Source of the DNA: Patescibacteria group bacterium
GTDB lineage: Bacteria; Patescibacteriota; Microgenomatia; UBA10105; UBA927
Length of the DNA stretch: 64,000 nt
NCBI GenBank assembly: GCA_035510735.1
Contig: DATKGN010000004.1
Coordinates: 243,810-307,809, forward strand
Direction: 5' to 3'
Numbering within the stretch: the first letter of the stretch is position 1; each line of letters begins with the position of its first letter. A model generated the notes under the pieces. That model did not search any database. It worked only from the letters and a program-made list of their open reading frames with translations, and was not told where the DNA came from. A program made the position numbers and the translations under genes. Positions 59,191 to 64,000 of this stretch are shown here, one piece after another.

Positions 59191-60231
59191 ATGCAGGCAA
59201 AGTTAAAACGGGTGTTTACGCCGGTAATCCGGAAAGTATTTTCTATCTTTCTGTTTGCTCTTGTTATCGCTTCCCTGTGTTTTATACTTCTTAGAGCCTT
59301 CCGTTTTATGGATACAACGGGTCTAACTCCCACTGTTGTATTCCGATTACTTGTCGATGATGGAGCTCCGCTTGCTTCATCCAATCATAGAACGAATATT
59401 CTCCTTATGGGCGTGGGCGGCGGTAATCACGATGGAGCCGATCTCACTGATACCATGATCGTTCTTTCCCTTGATACGAAAAATAAAAAAGCCGCACTTA
59501 TCTCCATACCCCGCGATATCTGGTCCGATACGCTTAAAGATAAGATAAATAGTGCGTACCATTATGGTGAGCAAAAGGAAAAGGGTGGAGGATTGGTATT
59601 ATCGCGGGTAATTGACGAAGATGTTATCGGAATGCCCATCCAATACAGCGTCCTTATTGATTTTTCCGGATTTAAGAATGTTATTGATTTAATGGGCGGT
59701 ATTACCGTGCATGTGAGTCAGACGTTCACCGATACTCAATATCCGATTCCCGGTAAAGAACATTATACCTGCCCCGGCGATCCGACGAATCAATGCGATT
59801 ATGAGACCGTACATTTCGATGCAGGTACACAGCGTATGGACGGGAATACAGCGCTTATCTACGTCCGGAGCCGTCACGCCGAGGGGTCGGAGGGGAGTGA
59901 CTTCGCCAGAAGCAGACGACAACAGGAAGTGCTTGTTGCGCTCCAGGATAAACTTGCCCACCCTCAAACGTGGGCCACATATCAGCGTCTCCTTGCATTG
60001 CCACAGGCATTAAAAACAGCAACGTCGACCGATATGAATATCGGCGAACTTCTTACGGTCGGTAAGCAGTTGTTGCATGTTAAACAATCGAATATAGAAA
60101 GGATTTCATTCGAATCTACACTCACCCAGCCGCCGGATTATTTATACGGGGGGCTTTTTGTGCTTGTACCTAAAGAAGATTGGGATAGTGTGCACACGTA
60201 TATACTACAAAAACTCGAGTTTGATCGATAG
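59191..60231 (+). CDS. LytR-CpsA-Psr (LCP) family protein
   Basis: Start at ATG 59191. N-terminal TM helix, then the LCP core NILLMGVGGGNHDGADLTDTMIVLSLD...ISIPRD. Confidence 0.78.
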   Translation: MQAKLKRVFTPVIRKVFSIFLFALVIASLCFILLRAFRFMDTTGLTPTVVFRLLVDDGAPLASSNHRTNILLMGVGGGNHDGADLTDTMIVLSLDTKNKKAALISIPRDIWSDTLKDKINSAYHYGEQKEKGGGLVLSRVIDEDVIGMPIQYSVLIDFSGFKNVIDLMGGITVHVSQTFTDTQYPIPGKEHYTCPGDPTNQCDYETVHFDAGTQRMDGNTALIYVRSRHAEGSEGSDFARSRRQQEVLVALQDKLAHPQTWATYQRLLALPQALKTATSTDMNIGELLTVGKQLLHVKQSNIERISFESTLTQPPDYLYGGLFVLVPKEDWDSVHTYILQKLEFDR

Positions 60232-60244
60232 TTTTGAATATAGA

Positions 60245-60300
60245 CCCATCTAATCAGATTTTTCACGTAAGAACGTTGTAAATCTGAGTAAGATGGGTTT
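60245..60300. terminator. Long hairpin between convergent genes (bidirectional terminator candidate)
   Basis: CCCATCTAATCAGATTT-(18 nt)-AAATCTGAGTAAGATGGG followed by TTTAT. Lies between the + strand stop at 60231 and the - strand stop at 60329. Confidence 0.5.
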
Positions 60301-60328
60301 ATATCAGGACAACTTCGCTAGGATGTAT

Positions 60329-61003
60329 TTAGAGCGCCAATCCGATAAGAACGAGCATGAAGGCGCCGCCTACGACGGAAGCACCCAGGACTGAAGGACC
60401 GGAACCGGTTACCGGCGTTGTAGGAGTCGAAGCGGCCGCTACTTCACAGATACAGTTTGTCTTGTCCGTACAACTCGGGTTACGGCATGACCCTGAGATA
60501 CACACGAGTCCTGAACTACAATCCGAATTGAGCGAACAACCGCTGTTGCACGAAGAGAGAACCGGTGTCGGCGTTGGTGTTGCTGTTGCCGAGACACAGG
60601 TACAGCTTGATTGATCGGTACAGCTTGGGTTTCGGCATGAACTGCCTGAGCAGACTAATCCGCTTGAACAATCCGCATTGACGGTACAGGAGTTGTTGCA
60701 TCCGGCTAAAGGCGTCGGTGTCGGTGTATTGGTGGGCGTTTCGCTCGGTGTACCGGTGGGCGTTGGGGTATCGGTTGGTCCGGGAGTGCCCGTCGGAGTA
60801 CTTGTCGGTGTTGCAATGGCAAATGATAGGGTACACGCGGGTTCTGCCGCTTTTGGCGTGATTTGCGGGACGTTCGGCGCTATAGGAGAGGTTTTTGTCA
60901 ATTGCTGGCTCGTCACAAACGTAAGGACGGCAAGTCCGATCGTAATGATACCGACCAAGAATACGTACCAATTATTTTTCAAATGTTTCATAGTTAATGC
61001 CAT
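60329..61003 (-). CDS. Cell-surface Thr/Pro-rich protein with duplicated Cys-rich module, N- and C-terminal hydrophobic segments
   Basis: Two consecutive copies of a roughly 38 aa module (CNNSCTVNADCSSGLVCSGSSCRNPSCTDQSSCTCV and CNSGCSLNSDCSSGLVCISGSCRNPSCTDKTNCICEV). TP-rich linker. C-terminal LVLIGLAL tail. Confidence 0.5.
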   Translation of the reverse strand: MALTMKHLKNNWYVFLVGIITIGLAVLTFVTSQQLTKTSPIAPNVPQITPKAAEPACTLSFAIATPTSTPTGTPGPTDTPTPTGTPSETPTNTPTPTPLAGCNNSCTVNADCSSGLVCSGSSCRNPSCTDQSSCTCVSATATPTPTPVLSSCNSGCSLNSDCSSGLVCISGSCRNPSCTDKTNCICEVAAASTPTTPVTGSGPSVLGASVVGGAFMLVLIGLAL

Positions 61004-62370
61004 TGACCGTCAGACCCAAAAATTTCCGATTCGACGGTAAAGTTCGTCGTACCTACCGGAATCGTATAATCAAGTGTATATTCGCCTGCGCTATTTTGTA
61101 TTGCCGTTTCGGTAAACGCGCCGCCGTTGACACGGATATGCGCCTTTGTTGCATTGCCACCCGCAACTGCAATCGTCACGTCATCGCCCGGTTGAAGAGC
61201 AGCGAGCCCTGCCGCATCCAGCACGGTAGTTCCTTTATAGACCTTAATATTCGTACATTGAGAAGCAGGAGTAGGAGTGGGTGTGCTACCCCCTCCGCCG
61301 CCACCCCCTCCGCCGCCACCCCCTCCGCCGCCACCGTTAGAGGTCGTCACTGTACAACCAATGGTATTTTGACCGCCACTCGAGGCACATGTCGTATAGT
61401 GCCAATTAGCACAAGCGTCTGCATTTTGTCCCTGATCGCATCCTACTCCGGCTGGCACCCATGTTTGGCCAGGCCCGGGTGTAGGAATTACACCAGTCTT
61501 TGGATCTGGGGTTGGGAATACGATCGGTGGTAATTTACCGCTTGCATCAAGGTTTGCCTGAGGGTTAGAGACAACTTCAACCCCTGGATTAGCTATGGCA
61601 AATTTAAGTGCTGCTGTTTCTGTATCCGGCAATGCAATAATGAACCGCTGACCGTTTGAAATATAGGTGCCGGCGATCTGTACAGGATTAGAGCCTGTGG
61701 TAGCCTGCCACTGCTCTTTCGTGGCAACTGTAGTGGTACCGCTTATCGTTCCGTAAGTATTTACTGGTGCAGTTGCCGCCGCGGCCGCCGGAGCTGCTGT
61801 TGCCGGAGCTGCTGTTGCTGCTGCCGCAGCCTGCTGAGCGTTATAGTTATCATTTTTCGCCTCCTGGTTTGCGTTAATGTGTGCACAATATCCGTTTGAT
61901 TTATCACATGCAAAACCAAAAAGGGTAAGGGTATTTTTTATACCAATGACTGCAACGGGCAGAGTAACGAGCATAAACAAGAGAAGCGTGATAACCCCCA
62001 CGCGGGATTTCTTTTTTTTGATCGTCTCATGCGGCGGAGTTACCGGTTCTGCCGGCGGACTTTGCTTCGGATCCGAAGGCTTTGCTATTTTTATTTCCTC
62101 CTCAGGTGGAGGGACGATAAGAGAATCTGAAGGAGGCGACGCCATAAAGGGAGAGCCCGAAAGCGGTGTAGGCGTTGGAGGATCCTGCGTGTGGCTTGGG
62201 GTGGCAGAATCCGGCAGTGTTTGCGTCGGTTGTCCGGCAGGTGATGCACTTAAGGGAGAATTGGTCGACATCGGGTCTGGTGGCGGAGGCGCGACCGACG
62301 CCGGCGCAGATCCCTGCGAACCTGCTTTACTACTTGTATCTGCTTGTGCTGTGTCTAAAATGTCTGCCAT
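60994..62370 (-). CDS. Surface/secreted protein with Pro-rich N-terminus, TM helix, poly-Ala/Thr and poly-Gly low-complexity tracts
   Basis: G17 run encoded by three 15 bp tandem repeats (CCCCTCCGCCGCCAC x3, 61289-61333). AAAAATAAPATAAPAAAAATAP encoded by repeated gccggagctgctgtt units. Confidence 0.5.
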   Translation of the reverse strand: MADILDTAQADTSSKAGSQGSAPASVAPPPPDPMSTNSPLSASPAGQPTQTLPDSATPSHTQDPPTPTPLSGSPFMASPPSDSLIVPPPEEEIKIAKPSDPKQSPPAEPVTPPHETIKKKKSRVGVITLLLFMLVTLPVAVIGIKNTLTLFGFACDKSNGYCAHINANQEAKNDNYNAQQAAAAATAAPATAAPAAAAATAPVNTYGTISGTTTVATKEQWQATTGSNPVQIAGTYISNGQRFIIALPDTETAALKFAIANPGVEVVSNPQANLDASGKLPPIVFPTPDPKTGVIPTPGPGQTWVPAGVGCDQGQNADACANWHYTTCASSGGQNTIGCTVTTSNGGGGGGGGGGGGGGGGSTPTPTPASQCTNIKVYKGTTVLDAAGLAALQPGDDVTIAVAGGNATKAHIRVNGGAFTETAIQNSAGEYTLDYTIPVGTTNFTVESEIFGSDGQWH

Positions 62371-62447
62371 ACCATAAATTCACCAGAAATAATCAGGCCT
62401 AACTATACATTAGAATGGATGAGTGTGAGAAGTCAATAAATAAAATA

Positions 62448-63776
62448 TTAATGGGTCGCGATGAGAGAGCCGCTTGCAAAAAGGCTAACTCCGAGGAGTA
62501 TTAAAAGGATTGCCGGAAGCTCATTGCCGGTCACCGGTTGTGGCTGTCCTGACAGCGTTGATTCCGGAGTTGTCGTTGCAGCTATCGTACCGGTATCGGT
62601 TGGGATCATTGTAATAATGGGCGTGATTGTGGGTGCAAGTGTTGCCGATGGTGTAGCATCACCTAATACCTGAGTGCCGCTTTTGAATACTTCAAATGTG
62701 TGGGTGATTGCAACGGTTTTCCCTAATTGATTGACCGATGTTATGGTAACGCTTTGTTTACCCGGCGCTAACGCTTTTGGCGGGGTATAGCTCCACAGGC
62801 CGCTCTCATCCACTTTTGCTGAGCCGCTCATTATTTGTGTGATGCCGACGCTTACACCCACATATTTACCGGGAATACCCGTCCCCTGGATAAGGGGATG
62901 CGTGGTTGCAAGCCCGGTACCCTGACCGGGAGTGGTTAGGGAAACTATAAATGTCCTACTCGTCGTATCGCCAAGAACTGCGGCCGTCGGAAGGACTGGT
63001 GTCGGCCGAAGCGCAAGGGCTGTCGTGCCCTGGACTTTTGCCTGTTGACGGCGGAAATCATACGTTTTTCCCAAAAGCATTTCCGGCACCGGAGAATCAT
63101 TAAGCGTATCCGTTATTGCAGTTGACTCAAGACCCTCGGCTTCGACGGTAATATGCTCGGTCATGCGGTCAACTGTCGGTAAATAACTTGTGACATCCTG
63201 TGTCCGGATTTGATTGAGCGGAATCAGCCAAAGACCTGTTGATTTGGTGAGTGTTGATAATTCCTGACTTCCGTCGATGGTCAGGTATATGAGCGCTCCG
63301 TCTTCGGGTCTGTCGGTGGTGGCATGAACGGTGCCGTATGCAGGCTCAAGACCGGTTGTGTTGGGCGGTAATGTTGCCGCGGTTTGAAGTGGGTACGCCT
63401 GACCGTTGTTGTCATAGTACTTGCTATTGGATAAAAGTTTGATTGAATAATTCGTTTGAGACTTGGCGTCACGGACGGTAATACTGTGGGTTGTGTATGT
63501 GCCGAGTTTACCGGTTGTATCCCGCTGGTCGTAGTAAACTTGATTACTTTTCCCGGGCGCTGAAACCAGGATCGTCCCCGTTGTCGGTAATTGAGTGGTC
63601 CATGATACGGTAAACGTGGAATCGCTAACGTTCGACATGTGGACATTTGACGGAGCTTGCGACCCTGAAGCATTAGACGGAGCGAGAAATACGTTTTGGA
63701 ACACAATGATAGTGCCGATAATGAATATTATTAAAAATAATCCTATGATGGTTGGAATTTTTGTCGGCAATCTCAT
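62448..63776 (-). CDS. Large secreted protein with FN3-like N-terminal domain and C-terminal membrane anchor
   Basis: N-terminal signal/TM. PSNVHMSNVSDSTFTVSWTT...YYD resembles an FN3/PAP-N-like domain. C-terminal LPAILLILLGVSLFASGSLIATH. Confidence 0.45.
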   Translation of the reverse strand: MRLPTKIPTIIGLFLIIFIIGTIIVFQNVFLAPSNASGSQAPSNVHMSNVSDSTFTVSWTTQLPTTGTILVSAPGKSNQVYYDQRDTTGKLGTYTTHSITVRDAKSQTNYSIKLLSNSKYYDNNGQAYPLQTAATLPPNTTGLEPAYGTVHATTDRPEDGALIYLTIDGSQELSTLTKSTGLWLIPLNQIRTQDVTSYLPTVDRMTEHITVEAEGLESTAITDTLNDSPVPEMLLGKTYDFRRQQAKVQGTTALALRPTPVLPTAAVLGDTTSRTFIVSLTTPGQGTGLATTHPLIQGTGIPGKYVGVSVGITQIMSGSAKVDESGLWSYTPPKALAPGKQSVTITSVNQLGKTVAITHTFEVFKSGTQVLGDATPSATLAPTITPIITMIPTDTGTIAATTTPESTLSGQPQPVTGNELPAILLILLGVSLFASGSLIATH

Positions 63777-64000
63777 GATAAGTCCTTAACACTTCATTTT
63801 ATAAGTCATCTTGAGCGTATGTACAAGATGGAGTTTAATATACTTTTTTATTCGCAATCGCCGAGAGCGTATCAACATCAATTTTTGATGACAATGGTAT
63901 AATAATTTGTTGAGTTGTGGCTGAAACCGTCGTAGTTTTTACTGTTTTTAAGAGTTCAAACGTTATCCATAAGCAGACAGTAAAAAATGTAAATACGGAG

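Overview
This 64 kb window reads like a compact, gene-dense, low-GC bacterial genome; several short AT-rich patches stand out by eye. The gene content is that of a reduced-genome bacterium. It includes NrdR with class II ribonucleotide reductase, a TraG/VirD4-like ATPase, two tandem FemAB-family genes, many cell-envelope glycosyltransferases, and surface proteins with C-terminal anchors. On inference alone, this is compatible with a Patescibacteria/CPR-like organism.

Housekeeping genes recognised from motifs:
- Stress, DNA and translation: groES-groEL (with a degenerate CIRCE-like operator and a clean terminator), metG, tsaD, tatD, rmuC, two UvrD-family helicases (one fused to a RecB-like nuclease), and a tRNA-Ile with anticodon UAU.
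- Metabolism: tpiA, idi, and xylB-xylA.
- Envelope and nucleotide: an LCP-family protein, VanW, nrdR-nrdJ, and a PduO-type corrinoid adenosyltransferase.

Things worth a second look:
1. A family of about 67-96 bp hairpin-rich elements with termini TGTCATTCC...GGGATGACA is inserted in frame into tsaD (twice) and into the tatD/metG region (twice). A third, composite hairpin insertion is also in tsaD. A second small hairpin family with a conserved loop (CTTCGCGTAAAGCTTCG) occurs at four sites.
2. A decayed duplicate of the uvrD 3' end lies upstream of xylBA. The xylBA cassette is therefore bracketed by diverged direct copies of the helicase C-terminus.
3. Four translationally coupled YdeN/RBBP9-like serine-hydrolase paralogues sit in tandem, next to a fifth alpha/beta hydrolase.
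4. A short AT-rich islet after groEL encodes a zinc-ribbon protein with an HEPN-like Rx4H motif and a partner ORF of unknown function.
5. A cobalamin salvage and use module: nrdR, nrdJ, pduO, a transcobalamin-like DUF4430 protein, and a small polytopic membrane protein.

No CRISPR array, rRNA gene or transposase was seen.
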